Notes: generated by a model not told the origin, from the sequence alone. DNA of 64,000 nt from Candidatus Micrarchaeota archaeon (GCA_021848025.1 JAJZND010000015.1:9310-73309); one strand, 5' to 3'; positions 40,090 to 49,739 are shown, counted from the stretch's first letter. Numbers and translations are program-made.

Positions 40090-40757
40090 TGACAAGAAAG
40101 ATAGTAGTGCCTGGAGAAGTTCTCGCGGAAAGGCCGCTGAGGCTCAATGGCGCAATAGTGGAAGGAAGCAAGACGTGCGCTACGGTAATGGGCATATTTG
40201 ACGATGAAAAAAGCCTACTTATACCACTGGAAGGGCTCTGGTATCCAAAGAGCGAGGAGAAGGTAATAGGCATAGTGGAAGAAGCCAAGTTAAATTCGTA
40301 CACTATCAATCTGAATGCACCTTACAAAGGCATACTAATTGCAAAATTCGTTAGGGACCCAATAGACAACAATGCCATAATAGAGGCAACAGTGCGGGAA
40401 CTGGACAAGACAGGAACGGTTGTTCTTGTAAGGCCCAGAGTGCTTACAGGTGGTAAGCTTATATATGTAAAACCATCCAAGATACCACGCATAATAGGAA
40501 GAGGAAATACTATGATAGGCCAAGTAAGCAATGGAACTAGCACAACAATAGAAGTAGGAATGAACGGCCTGATCTGGATGAGAGGCGGCAATACGGACCT
40601 TGCTACAGAAGCGATAATGAAAATACAAGAAGAGGGCCACACATCCGGTCTGACGGACAGGATAAGCAGCATGCTAAATCTGCCTGCCCGGCAGCACACA
40701 GAAACATATGGCACAGAAGAAGGAAACAATGTGCGCAGTGAAGAAAAGGGATATTGA
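40089..40757 (+). CDS. rrp4: exosome RNA-binding subunit Rrp4
   Basis: 222 aa. N-terminal domain (IVVPGEVLAE), S1 and KH regions, in operon context. Confidence 0.85.
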   Translation: MTRKIVVPGEVLAERPLRLNGAIVEGSKTCATVMGIFDDEKSLLIPLEGLWYPKSEEKVIGIVEEAKLNSYTINLNAPYKGILIAKFVRDPIDNNAIIEATVRELDKTGTVVLVRPRVLTGGKLIYVKPSKIPRIIGRGNTMIGQVSNGTSTTIEVGMNGLIWMRGGNTDLATEAIMKIQEEGHTSGLTDRISSMLNLPARQHTETYGTEEGNNVRSEEKGY

Positions 40758-41494
40758 TGAAAGCAAAGATAGATCTAATAGTAAACGGAAAGAGGCTTGA
40801 CGGGCGCGGCCCAGAAGACCTAAGGGAGATAAAGATAACGCCCAATGTAATCAGGAATGCAGCAGGCTCTGCCTACATTGAATGGGGAGCAAACAAGATC
40901 ATAAGCGCGGTATACGGGCCGAGAGAGGCGCTGCCAAAACATATCTCAGATCCTAACAAGGCGATAATAAAATGCAGGTATACTATGGCACCATTTTCGT
41001 CCCTTGAAGAACACGGTAAACCTGGTATGAACAGGCGCGCGGTAGAGATATCAAAGGTTACAGCTGAAGTATTCGAGGATGTGATACTTGTGGACAGCTT
41101 TCCCGGCAATGAGATAAGCATATTTATAGAAGTGCTCCAGGGAGACGGAGGCACACGTGCTGCAGGCATAACCTGCGCGGCGGTAGCGCTTGCAACTTCT
41201 GGAATACCCATGCGCGATATGCCATATGCTGTTTCTGCCGGAAGAATCGGAGAAACGGTAGTCTTGGACCTGAATAAGGTAGAGGATAATTATTCGGAGG
41301 CAGATATGCCTGTAGCGATAAGCCCGAGAACCGGAAACATAAACCTGCTGCAAATGGACGGAATACTCACACGCGAGCAGTTCGGGCAGGCAATCGGAAT
41401 GGTAAAGAAAGCAGGCGAGACAATAACCAGAATACAGAAAGAGGCGCTGATAAAACCATATCAGGAGATCGCAGAGAAGTATATAGAAGGATGA
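40754..41494 (+). CDS. rrp41: exosome catalytic subunit Rrp41 (RNase PH fold)
   Basis: 246 aa. RLDGRGPEDLREIKI...GSAYIEWGANKI...DGGTRAAGITCAAVAL. Confidence 0.9.
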   Translation: MMKAKIDLIVNGKRLDGRGPEDLREIKITPNVIRNAAGSAYIEWGANKIISAVYGPREALPKHISDPNKAIIKCRYTMAPFSSLEEHGKPGMNRRAVEISKVTAEVFEDVILVDSFPGNEISIFIEVLQGDGGTRAAGITCAAVALATSGIPMRDMPYAVSAGRIGETVVLDLNKVEDNYSEADMPVAISPRTGNINLLQMDGILTREQFGQAIGMVKKAGETITRIQKEALIKPYQEIAEKYIEG

Positions 41495-41498
41495 GAGA

Positions 41499-42284
41499 AT
41501 GCAAATAAGAGCAATAACCGAGGAATATTTAAAAAGCAGATATTCAAGGAACCTGAGAGATGATAATAGACAGCTTACGGAGTACAGGAAGATAGTGTTG
41601 AAAACAGGAGTGGTGCCGAGCGCAGAGGGGTCAGCAGAGATCTTCTTAGGCAATACTCATGTGATAACCGGAGTAAAAATAGGCCTGGGGGAGCCCATGT
41701 CTGATACTCCTGAAGATGGGAATCTGATAACTTCCAACGAACTTCTGCCTATGGCTTCAGAAGCCTTCGATGCAGGCCCGCCATCTCCGGAGTCAATAGA
41801 GATAGCGCGTGTAGTAGACAGGGGGATAAGGGCCGCAGGCGTGGTGGATATGTCAAAACTCTTCATAGAAGCAGGCAAAGTATGGGAGGTCTTCATAGAC
41901 GTACATGTCTTCAATTACGACGGGAACATGTTCGACGCTGGCACGCTTTCTGCAGTGGCTGCCCTGCTTAGCTCCCGCATGCCGAAATACGAGGATGGAA
42001 AAGTCATAAGGGAGGGCGATTTGGGCAGGCTTCCTACGGGTAATATAGTTACATCGTGCACATACGCCAAGGTAGTGGGCAAAGTTATCCTGGATCCAGA
42101 TTCAAACGAAGAGGCATTTGCTTCATCTAGGATAACCATAGCAAACGACGAGCAGTATATAAGGGCAATGCAGAAGGGGCTTAGCGGTTCTTTCACTCAG
42201 GGCGAAATCGAGTCTGCAATAGAGATGTCATTTGAAAAATCAAAGACGCTTAGAGAGATCATTAAAAAGGCAGTAGGTGATTGA
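41499..42284 (+). CDS. rrp42: exosome subunit Rrp42 (RNase PH fold)
   Basis: 261 aa. RNase PH domain pattern (RDDNRQLTEYRKIVLKTGVVPSAEGSAEIFLGNT). Confidence 0.88.
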   Translation: MQIRAITEEYLKSRYSRNLRDDNRQLTEYRKIVLKTGVVPSAEGSAEIFLGNTHVITGVKIGLGEPMSDTPEDGNLITSNELLPMASEAFDAGPPSPESIEIARVVDRGIRAAGVVDMSKLFIEAGKVWEVFIDVHVFNYDGNMFDAGTLSAVAALLSSRMPKYEDGKVIREGDLGRLPTGNIVTSCTYAKVVGKVILDPDSNEEAFASSRITIANDEQYIRAMQKGLSGSFTQGEIESAIEMSFEKSKTLREIIKKAVGD

Positions 42285-42527
42285 GTGGCAAACAAGAGCA
42301 TAAGATACGGAGTAAACCTAAGAAAACGCGAAGCAGCTGTAATAGCCCAGAAAAAGGAAAAATACAAGTGCGACATGTGCGGAAAGCTCGCAGTAAGGAG
42401 GATAAGCATGGGCGTATGGAAGTGCAGATACTGCAATGCAACATATGCCGGCGGAGCATACACCTTCAAGACCGCGGCAGGAGAAACTGTAAACAGGATA
42501 CTTAATTCAGGGCGCAATAGCAGTTGA
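42285..42527 (+). CDS. rpl37ae: 50S ribosomal protein L37Ae (eL43)
   Basis: 80 aa with a GTG start. Zinc ribbon CDMCG...CRYC. Confidence 0.9.
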   Translation: MANKSIRYGVNLRKREAAVIAQKKEKYKCDMCGKLAVRRISMGVWKCRYCNATYAGGAYTFKTAAGETVNRILNSGRNSS

Positions 42528-42533
42528 TAAGCG

Positions 42534-42902
42534 ATGGTAAGGATATCCTACTCTCCCATAGAAGAAATAATTGTTCATGATGTTGTGGAGGTAGCCAGCG
42601 AGGACCTGCTGCGCGAAAGAGTCACGCCTGCGGGCACGATGCCACTATACTGGTGCGATGGAATCCTTTTCACTTTCAGTTCATTGCCAATGACCGACGA
42701 GGTGGTAAGGGACTATCTGCGCGGAAAGGTCCACTGGCTAGAGGCCCATTTTGCAAAAGTGGAGAAATATACGCCAATCATGTCCCTCAGCGAGGAAGAG
42801 TACAAGACCACAATGAACATACGCATTATAGATACAAGCAAATCCGGAGTGCATAGAGAGTTCGTCAAATGGCTGAAAGATTCTATTAAAAATAAAAAGT
42901 GA
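42534..42902 (+). CDS. hypothetical protein in exosome superoperon
   Basis: 122 aa with no motif recognised. Tightly packed between rpl37ae and rpoP. Confidence 0.4.
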   Translation: MVRISYSPIEEIIVHDVVEVASEDLLRERVTPAGTMPLYWCDGILFTFSSLPMTDEVVRDYLRGKVHWLEAHFAKVEKYTPIMSLSEEEYKTTMNIRIIDTSKSGVHREFVKWLKDSIKNKK

Positions 42903-42906
42903 TATT

Positions 42907-43041
42907 ATGTCTTACGTGTGCATGCACTGTCACAAAGAAACAAAAACTTTGGAGAAGAATGCAGTGAGGTGCCAGTACTGCGGCTTTAGGGCCCTGGCAA
43001 AGAAAAGGTCGTCGATAGCAAAGGAGATCTCAACAGATTGA
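42907..43041 (+). CDS. rpoP: DNA-directed RNA polymerase subunit P (Rpo12)
   Basis: Below the track threshold. My translation gives 44 aa: MSYVCMHCHKETKTLEKNAVRCQYCGFRALAKKRSSIAKEISTD. It has a CxxC...CxxCG zinc ribbon and the expected superoperon position. Confidence 0.8.
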   Translation: MSYVCMHCHKETKTLEKNAVRCQYCGFRALAKKRSSIAKEISTD

Positions 43042-43083
43042 GCGTGCAGGTCTATTAATCCTTGCTGCCATTTTATCTTAGAT

Positions 43084-43187
43084 GGGCTCTTAGCGCAACG
43101 GTAGCGCGCCTGCATGGCATGCAGGAGGTTGCGGGTTCAAATAAACCTTTGAACAACTCAAAAGTTTTGAAATTCCCGCAGAGTCCA
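43084..43187 (+). tRNA. tRNA-Ala (anticodon GGC) with a 32-nt insertion (putative intron) in the T-loop
   Basis: GGGCTCT-TA-GCGC-AACGGTA-GCGC-G-CCTGC-ATGGCAT-GCAGG-AGGTT-GCGGG-TTCAAAT-[32 nt, about 43143-43174]-CCCGC-AGAGTCC-A. The G3:U70 alanine identity pair is present. The cloverleaf closes only if the insertion is removed. Confidence 0.8.
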
Positions 43188-43293
43188 TCAACATTTTCCC
43201 TGGCAGCATAAGTGGGTTTATTTTTTAGTCCTGATGAATTGCTGCCCAAGGTCAAAACGTCTTTTTCAGTTTCCCTGCATAACTGGCAGTGAC

Positions 43294-44313
43294 TTACTCC
43301 ATGAAGGAAGCTTCAAACGCCCGTGAATTAGCTTTAAGTACGTCTTTTTTATCAAGTACGCCGTTCTTAAGGAGCAGGGCAATCTCGTTCCTGAGGTTTG
43401 TCATCAGCATCTCAGGACCGTCAGTATTTATGGTATACTCTACGCCATGCGATTTAAGCGCCTTGAATACAACCTTCATCTCCTCAATGTCTTTAATCAC
43501 TCCAGTATGCATGTTTGAGGAGGGGCAGATCTCAAGAGTTATGTCCCTTTCCCTTATCATTTCCATTGTTTTCTCATCTTCTGCCGAGCGCACTCCGTGC
43601 CCTATCCTATCCGGCTCCAGGCTGGCAATAACATCCTGCACTGAATGGTAGTCTTCATCTTCGCCAGCATGCACTGTCAATCCAAGGCCTCCGTTTCTGG
43701 CCTTTTTATACAAGCCTTTATAATGCGAGTAACTAAACCCGCTATCCCTTCCCCCTGCGATGTCTATCCCAACAACCCCTCTGTTCTGGTACTTAAGCGC
43801 TTTGCCGACAAGTATCTCATTAAGTTTATAGCTGAAGGTCCTGTCTAGGCAAATTATTATGCCTGCCTTTACAGGATACTCCATCGAAGCTCTGTCAAGC
43901 CCGCGTACAGCCGCCATCATTATCTGGTCGAGGTCCTGTTCGCCACCCCTATTCCTCTTCATAGGATTGAACCTTAGTTCGAGAAGCGTTATGTTGTTCT
44001 TTCTATACGCTCCGGCTATAGTCTGGTAAACTGATCTTTCTACAGCAATAGGGCTGGACTGAATAAGATCAGTCCATTTGAAGAGGGCTATATAATCCTC
44101 GAAAGATTTTACCCTCTTTGGATTTGCAGTTATCATGTCTACGAAACTCCAGTAATCTTTTGTAGGGAGCTTAATCCCCTGCGCGTGCGCTATCTCCCAC
44201 ATTACTGCAGGATCAACAGCGCTGCCAAGATGCACATGCAATTCTGCGAGTTCGGCATCCTGTTCAAGAGCGCTAGAAACATTGCCATCAAGGCTTATTG
44301 GGGAATCCTCCAT
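43294..44313 (-). CDS. add: adenosine/AMP-deaminase-family protein
   Basis: Start taken at MEDSPISL (ATG 44313). Metal-binding motifs LHVHLGS, TVHAGE, IGHG and NTDGP. Confidence 0.8.
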   Translation of the reverse strand: MEDSPISLDGNVSSALEQDAELAELHVHLGSAVDPAVMWEIAHAQGIKLPTKDYWSFVDMITANPKRVKSFEDYIALFKWTDLIQSSPIAVERSVYQTIAGAYRKNNITLLELRFNPMKRNRGGEQDLDQIMMAAVRGLDRASMEYPVKAGIIICLDRTFSYKLNEILVGKALKYQNRGVVGIDIAGGRDSGFSYSHYKGLYKKARNGGLGLTVHAGEDEDYHSVQDVIASLEPDRIGHGVRSAEDEKTMEMIRERDITLEICPSSNMHTGVIKDIEEMKVVFKALKSHGVEYTINTDGPEMLMTNLRNEIALLLKNGVLDKKDVLKANSRAFEASFME

Positions 44314-44466
44314 GACTATCCTTCTTCTTTTGTAATATATAAACTTTATTTGGAACAGGGCAAGCCCATACCTGCGCCTACGAAGGCCTAGAGATCCAGC
44401 TATTATGTCAGCTAGATTCTCCATTATCTACCCGCCCTACTTTCCACGCAAGATTTATAAAAATTA

Positions 44467-45576
44467 ATGGCATATAATATTATGGACACTTTTACTAGAA
44501 AATTGGAGACAGCACCATTGGCATTCAATTTTGATGACCTTCTCCTCTTGCCAGGTTTTTCAGAGGTCAGGCCAAAAGACATAAACATTGAATCGCGCTT
44601 CTCAAGAAATATAACTATCAGAACTCCGTTGGTTTCTTCACCGATGGATACTGTAACTGAGGCGGAGATGGCAATAGCGCTTGCCGAAAGCGGAGGCATA
44701 GGCGTAATACACAGGAATAGCTCTGCCGAGGACGAACTTAATATGGTAAAAGCAGTAAAGGCAGTTGAGCCGGAGGACAAGAATGCGACCCTCGGAAGAG
44801 ACAAGAGGCTTGCAGTTGCCGCAGCAATCTCGCCATTCGACCTGGAAAGGGCAAAGCTGCTGGGCAAGCATGCTGATGCTCTTGTGGTAGATGTGGCGCA
44901 TTTCCATACAAAAGGCATCCTCGATGCAACCAAAGAGATAATAAATTCAACAGATGCGGATATAGTAATAGGCAGCATGGGCACAAAGGAGGGGGTATTG
45001 GGCTCTGTAAAAGTGCTTGAAAAAGTGGCAGGCCTCAGGGTAGGCATAGGAGGAGGTTCAATATGCATAACAACAGACGTTACGAAGGCGGGATCTCCTA
45101 CTCCATTTGCAGTAGCACAGGCTGCAGATGCGCTTGATGAACTTGGCATAGACCTTCCAATAATAGCAGATGGCGGAATAAGGACTGCCGGAGACATAGC
45201 GATTACCTTTGCCCTCGGTGCATCATCTGCCATGCTTGGCTATGGCTTCGCCGGCACTGACGAATGCCCTGGAGAAGTTGTCATTATAGATGGCAAGAAA
45301 TACAAGGGATACCGCGGAATGGGTAGTGACGGAGCCAGGGAGAGAAGAGCCATAGTGGACAGGTACTCTGACACAGGAGGCAAAAAGCTAGCTGAGGGCA
45401 TAGAAGGCGTGATTCCTTACAAGGGAAAAGTAAGCGATGTAATAACGCTATTAAACTCCGGTATACGCGCATCCATAGGGTATTCCGGAGCAGGGAGCCT
45501 TAATGAAATGAGGAGTAAGGCAAGGATAGCAAGGATAGGTATAAGGACGCATAAGGCAGAGATAAAGCCAAAGTGA
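44467..45576 (+). CDS. guaB: IMP dehydrogenase lacking the CBS/Bateman subdomain
   Basis: 369 aa. Catalytic loop GIGGGSICITT and flap YRGMGS...DRY...EGIEGVIPYKG. Only about 15 residues where the CBS pair normally sits. Confidence 0.85.
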   Translation: MAYNIMDTFTRKLETAPLAFNFDDLLLLPGFSEVRPKDINIESRFSRNITIRTPLVSSPMDTVTEAEMAIALAESGGIGVIHRNSSAEDELNMVKAVKAVEPEDKNATLGRDKRLAVAAAISPFDLERAKLLGKHADALVVDVAHFHTKGILDATKEIINSTDADIVIGSMGTKEGVLGSVKVLEKVAGLRVGIGGGSICITTDVTKAGSPTPFAVAQAADALDELGIDLPIIADGGIRTAGDIAITFALGASSAMLGYGFAGTDECPGEVVIIDGKKYKGYRGMGSDGARERRAIVDRYSDTGGKKLAEGIEGVIPYKGKVSDVITLLNSGIRASIGYSGAGSLNEMRSKARIARIGIRTHKAEIKPK

Positions 45577-45580
45577 ATGA

Positions 45581-47119
45581 ATGGATACGATACTTGTTTT
45601 TAACTTCGGCGGCCAGTATTGCCACCTGATAGCAAGGAGGATAAGGGAAAAAGGAGTGTACTCGGAGATAGTCCAATCAGATATGCCTGCTGATAAATTA
45701 AATGCACTCTCAAAGAAATCAGATGTAAAGGGCATAATACTCTCGGGCGGCCCATCAAGCATATATGAAAAAGACGCGCCAAAGATGGATAGAAAAATAC
45801 TCGATTCCGGATTGCCGGTTCTTGGCATATGTTATGGACATCAACTTATGGCAAGTTACATCGGAGGCAAAGTTTCAAGGGCGGAGAGAAAGGAATACGG
45901 TACTTCATATGCAAACATACGCAACGCAACAGGCGTGCTTCTGGGCCTTGGCAAAAAGGAAGAAGTCTGGATGAGCCATGGCGATGTAGTTTTACAGATG
46001 CCTAAAAATATAGACGTGCTTGCAGATACAGAAAATTGCAAGATAGCAGCATTCATGGACAGGAAAAGGCAGCTTTTTGGAGTGCAATGGCACCCGGAGG
46101 TAGTGCATACAAAGAATGGCGACAAGATACTTGGCAATTTCATCTTCAATGTGTGTAAGTGCAGACCGATGTGGAAGGCAGAAAGCACCATACCTGAATA
46201 TCAGAGGCAGATATCCGAAGAGATTGGAGAGGAAGGCGCAATAATCGCATTAAGCGGAGGCGTAGATTCAAGCACAGCTGCCTTGCTTGCCTCGCGCGCC
46301 ATAGGAGATAAACTCACCGCGGTATTTGTAGATACTGGAATGATGAGAGAGAAAGAAGCCGATTCAATAAGGAACATGGGAAAAACAATGGGGATAAATC
46401 TGATTGTAATAGATGCTGGAAACGAATTCATACGCAAACTTAAGGGCGTCTCTGATCCTGAGAAGAAAAGAAAAATCATAGGCAGTGCCTTCATAAGAGT
46501 TTTTGAGCGGGAAGCGAAAAAAAGAGGGGCAAAATACCTGATTCAAGGCACAATATATCCTGATAGGATAGAGTCAGGGCAGGCCAAAAAATCAAGCGTT
46601 ATAAAGACGCACCATAATGTGGGAGGCCTGCCTCCAAAGGTAAAGTTTAATGGCATAATAGAGCCGCTCAAGGATCTTTACAAGGACGAGGTCAGAAAGA
46701 TAGCGAGAGAGCTCGGCTTGCCCGAAGAAATGATTTCCAGGCAGCCTTTTCCAGGCCCCGGTCTGGCGGTACGGATAATCGGTGAGGTAACCAAGCATAA
46801 ATTGGAAGTATTAAGAAAAGCAGAAGCCATAGTATCCGAAGAAATTGAAAGGGCAGGTTCTGGAATCAGGCCATGGCAGTACTTCGCTGTCTTGACTGAC
46901 ACTAAAAGTACCGGGGTAAAAGGAGATAGCCGCGCCTACGGCAATGTTATAGCCGTAAGGGCCGTTGAGAGCAAGGAGGCAATGACAGCAAACTTCGCCA
47001 AGATACCCTATCCTGTCCTAGAAAGGATATCCTCAAGAATCACAAGCGAAATTTCCGAAGCGGTGCGGGTTGTTTACGACATAACCAATAAACCTCCTTC
47101 TACGATAGAGTGGGAATAA
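45581..47119 (+). CDS. guaA: GMP synthase (glutamine-hydrolysing), fused GATase + ATP-PPase
   Basis: 512 aa. GICYGHQL (catalytic Cys), HPE, the PP-loop SGGVDSS, and a C-terminal PPSTIEWE. Confidence 0.95.
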   Translation: MDTILVFNFGGQYCHLIARRIREKGVYSEIVQSDMPADKLNALSKKSDVKGIILSGGPSSIYEKDAPKMDRKILDSGLPVLGICYGHQLMASYIGGKVSRAERKEYGTSYANIRNATGVLLGLGKKEEVWMSHGDVVLQMPKNIDVLADTENCKIAAFMDRKRQLFGVQWHPEVVHTKNGDKILGNFIFNVCKCRPMWKAESTIPEYQRQISEEIGEEGAIIALSGGVDSSTAALLASRAIGDKLTAVFVDTGMMREKEADSIRNMGKTMGINLIVIDAGNEFIRKLKGVSDPEKKRKIIGSAFIRVFEREAKKRGAKYLIQGTIYPDRIESGQAKKSSVIKTHHNVGGLPPKVKFNGIIEPLKDLYKDEVRKIARELGLPEEMISRQPFPGPGLAVRIIGEVTKHKLEVLRKAEAIVSEEIERAGSGIRPWQYFAVLTDTKSTGVKGDSRAYGNVIAVRAVESKEAMTANFAKIPYPVLERISSRITSEISEAVRVVYDITNKPPSTIEWE

Positions 47120-47206
47120 ACAGGCAGCTTAAAAGCCTAACCAAAACCTTACCCTGCCTAAATCCTATATAAATCTTGACAGCACCATTAAACCATCATA
47201 AATAAA

Positions 47207-48460
47207 GTGAATTTGATGGGCAAGACGTTTGAGACTAAAGCCAGAATAATAGAGCTTCTGAAAAAGCAGAAAATGACTTTAGCTGAACTTAGTTCTGAAC
47301 TTAAATTATCAAAGGCAACTGTAAAACAGCATCTGGACGAGCTAAAGTCAGCAGGCAGCATAGAAGAGGAAGACAACAGCTATTTCAAAAGGCTAAAATA
47401 TTACAAGGCGAAAGGCGCCGAGGTTGCAAAATGGAATACCAGGGAAGCAAGCATTTATACCAGGATCCTGCCTGTCTTAATAAGTTTCATACTCGTCTTA
47501 GGCGCCCTGTCAATATACGTGGGCAGATATGCGCCTTCCGGATACTATGTCGTAAGTCCGCAGTCAAGCCATCAACACAACGGCTCCTTAGCAAATACAA
47601 GCCAGATATATCCTCCTTCATCTTCAGCAGAAACGGCATGCCCTATAATGCTTTCAAATCGAACTTATACACGTGTAAGCTTGATGAACTATTCTGGCTT
47701 CGGACTTTATAATGTAAGTGTATATCCAAGGCAAGACTTCTTGCTTAGCCCAGGCGGCAGCGGAGTGCTTGTTTTCTCAGTAAATATATCAGGAACCGGA
47801 GCATCGGAGAATGTTACAAACCACTTCATAATGTATCATCAGGTAACGGTTTCCCTACCTCTCAATATAACTGAGAGCGTGATAAACATTACAAAATATT
47901 CAAATGGAACCATAGAGGAAGGCTCGTTTACTTTCATAGTACCTGCCAGATATCCTGCGAATTCCAGTGAGTCAAATTCAACTTATTCTAGCCAGGCATT
48001 CAATTTCCCTGACGGAACTAGGGTAGAGTATCCAAATGCCACAATCGAAACGATAACCAGCAATACGGCTATAACAGAGTCAAGCCTGCCTATTGGCACT
48101 ACCAAAGTTTTCGGCTATACTGAATGCTATAACTATACTGGATCAAAAGTATGCATGAGCAGCCCGGGCCCTGCACCAAATTCAAGCACCATAAACCAGA
48201 CGGAGCTGATACAGACAACTCCTGGGCTGAACGTCTCACTAACGCCAGCAAACGAAATGGTAAGTAAAGGCAATGCGGCAATAATGCGCCTTACAATACA
48301 GGCATCGCAAGATGCCGCTCAGGGAACATACCTGCTCGGCATACGCGCAAGCGGAGAATTCTGCAGGGGTGGCCCTTACTACTTTATAACTGTGGGCTCA
48401 AAGCCGTATTCTCCTTCTGCAGGCCAGAATCCAGGAGGAATAATAATAGGGACAGGATAA
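47207..48460 (+). CDS. membrane-tethered ArsR-like HTH protein with large sequon-rich extracellular domain
   Basis: 417 aa. N-terminal wHTH (ARIIELLKKQKMTLAELSSELKLSKATVKQHLDELK), one TM helix (ILPVLISFILVLGALSIYV), then about 310 residues with many N-x-S/T. Confidence 0.55.
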   Translation: MNLMGKTFETKARIIELLKKQKMTLAELSSELKLSKATVKQHLDELKSAGSIEEEDNSYFKRLKYYKAKGAEVAKWNTREASIYTRILPVLISFILVLGALSIYVGRYAPSGYYVVSPQSSHQHNGSLANTSQIYPPSSSAETACPIMLSNRTYTRVSLMNYSGFGLYNVSVYPRQDFLLSPGGSGVLVFSVNISGTGASENVTNHFIMYHQVTVSLPLNITESVINITKYSNGTIEEGSFTFIVPARYPANSSESNSTYSSQAFNFPDGTRVEYPNATIETITSNTAITESSLPIGTTKVFGYTECYNYTGSKVCMSSPGPAPNSSTINQTELIQTTPGLNVSLTPANEMVSKGNAAIMRLTIQASQDAAQGTYLLGIRASGEFCRGGPYYFITVGSKPYSPSAGQNPGGIIIGTG

Positions 48461-48778
48461 GCCATCGTTGCGGATATGTCTTCAATAACACACCTTGCGA
48501 ATGTGCCGCATGTAAATGCTGTTAGAAAATGCGTGCATTCTGATGCAGAAGTACGGTGTGCTAGTGCGCGAAGCTGAAACAGGCCAAAACTCTCTACGCT
48601 AAGCAACTTCGTAGGCCAGCAATCCATGTTGCTGAAGTCAATTCCGAAAGTATAAAAAGATGAATAGCAATAGATATTACAATCCAAGGACCCTGCCTAT
48701 ATAATCCAGGCATTAGTACGTAGAAATCAGCGATATCTGATAGATGGCGGGATGCCGCCCATTATACGATGTGCGTAA

Positions 48779-49489
48779 ATGATAAGGATAAGCATAGTAA
48801 TACCCACATACAACGAGGAAAAATATATAGGTGCGACCCTGCAGAGCATAGCCCGGCAGCCATATCATGACATAGAAGTACTTCTGGCCGACAGCAAAAG
48901 CTCCGATAAGACCATAGCTGAAGCGAAAAAGGCATATCCATCAGTCAAGATAGTGACTGATGAGAAAGGCGGCGTATCCCCTGCATGCAACAAAGCGGTA
49001 AAAGTGGCAAAAGGAGACATAATACTCTTCATAGATGCCGATACTTCCATAACCAAGAATCTGTTGAAGGCCTACGAAAAGGCCTTCGATGATGAAGGTG
49101 TGGTAGCTGCTACGGGACCGATAGAACCCTTAGAAAATACAACCCCCTCCATACGCGCAGGGTTCAAGATGGTCTCTGTGTACCTGGTCAAGTTCTTTAT
49201 ATCAATAGGAAAGCCTTCAACTATAAGCTCAAACCTTGCTGTGTCGAAGCAGGCCTTCCAAAAAATAGGCGGTTTCAACGAATCGATGAAAACTTACTAC
49301 GATTGGGATCTGTCTAACAGGATAAGAAAGCTAGGGAAGGTGGTCTTTGTCCCACAGGCGATAGCAAAGACCAGCGTGAGGAGGGTAAAGAAATGGGGCA
49401 TGGCAAAATATTTCCTCTACCATACGGGAAATGCTGTAAAGTATCATCTTTCCCATAAGTCTAGAGATGACTACGAGCCAATACGATAA
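48779..49489 (+). CDS. family 2 glycosyltransferase
   Basis: 236 aa. ISIVIPTYNEEKYI and the DAD motif (LFIDADT). Confidence 0.8.
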   Translation: MIRISIVIPTYNEEKYIGATLQSIARQPYHDIEVLLADSKSSDKTIAEAKKAYPSVKIVTDEKGGVSPACNKAVKVAKGDIILFIDADTSITKNLLKAYEKAFDDEGVVAATGPIEPLENTTPSIRAGFKMVSVYLVKFFISIGKPSTISSNLAVSKQAFQKIGGFNESMKTYYDWDLSNRIRKLGKVVFVPQAIAKTSVRRVKKWGMAKYFLYHTGNAVKYHLSHKSRDDYEPIR

Positions 49490-49739
49490 GCGGCAATGTG
49501 CTTTGTCAAGAAAGCATAAAGCGAGAGAAAATCCCAGAGAAATCATTACCAACCTTTCCAGAACAGAGCTCAGCGGTACATACGGACCAAAGCCTGCTTG
49601 CAAATGCCAAAGGCCAATAATGCTCAACTTCCACAAAGCATCAATCTCTCCAATCAAAGAAGAATAAGCAAATTAGCCGGAGAAACGATTCATGGTAAAG
49701 GAGCTAAAATATATAAGTCTAAGCAACTTAAGCATAATC

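Noticed and set aside
43073-43255. 60-aa minus-strand ORF
   Set aside because: It overlaps the tRNA-Ala gene on the opposite strand.
44424-45233. 269-aa minus-strand ORF
   Set aside because: It lies antisense to guaB, is Ala/Ser/Pro-rich low complexity, and has no independent support.
48461-48778. 318-nt gap with a 102-aa minus ORF (48379-48687) and a GGCGG...CCGCC hairpin; possible ncRNA
   Set aside because: The ORF overlaps the end of the upstream gene and looks random. I found no recognisable RNA-family motifs. It is left unannotated rather than called.
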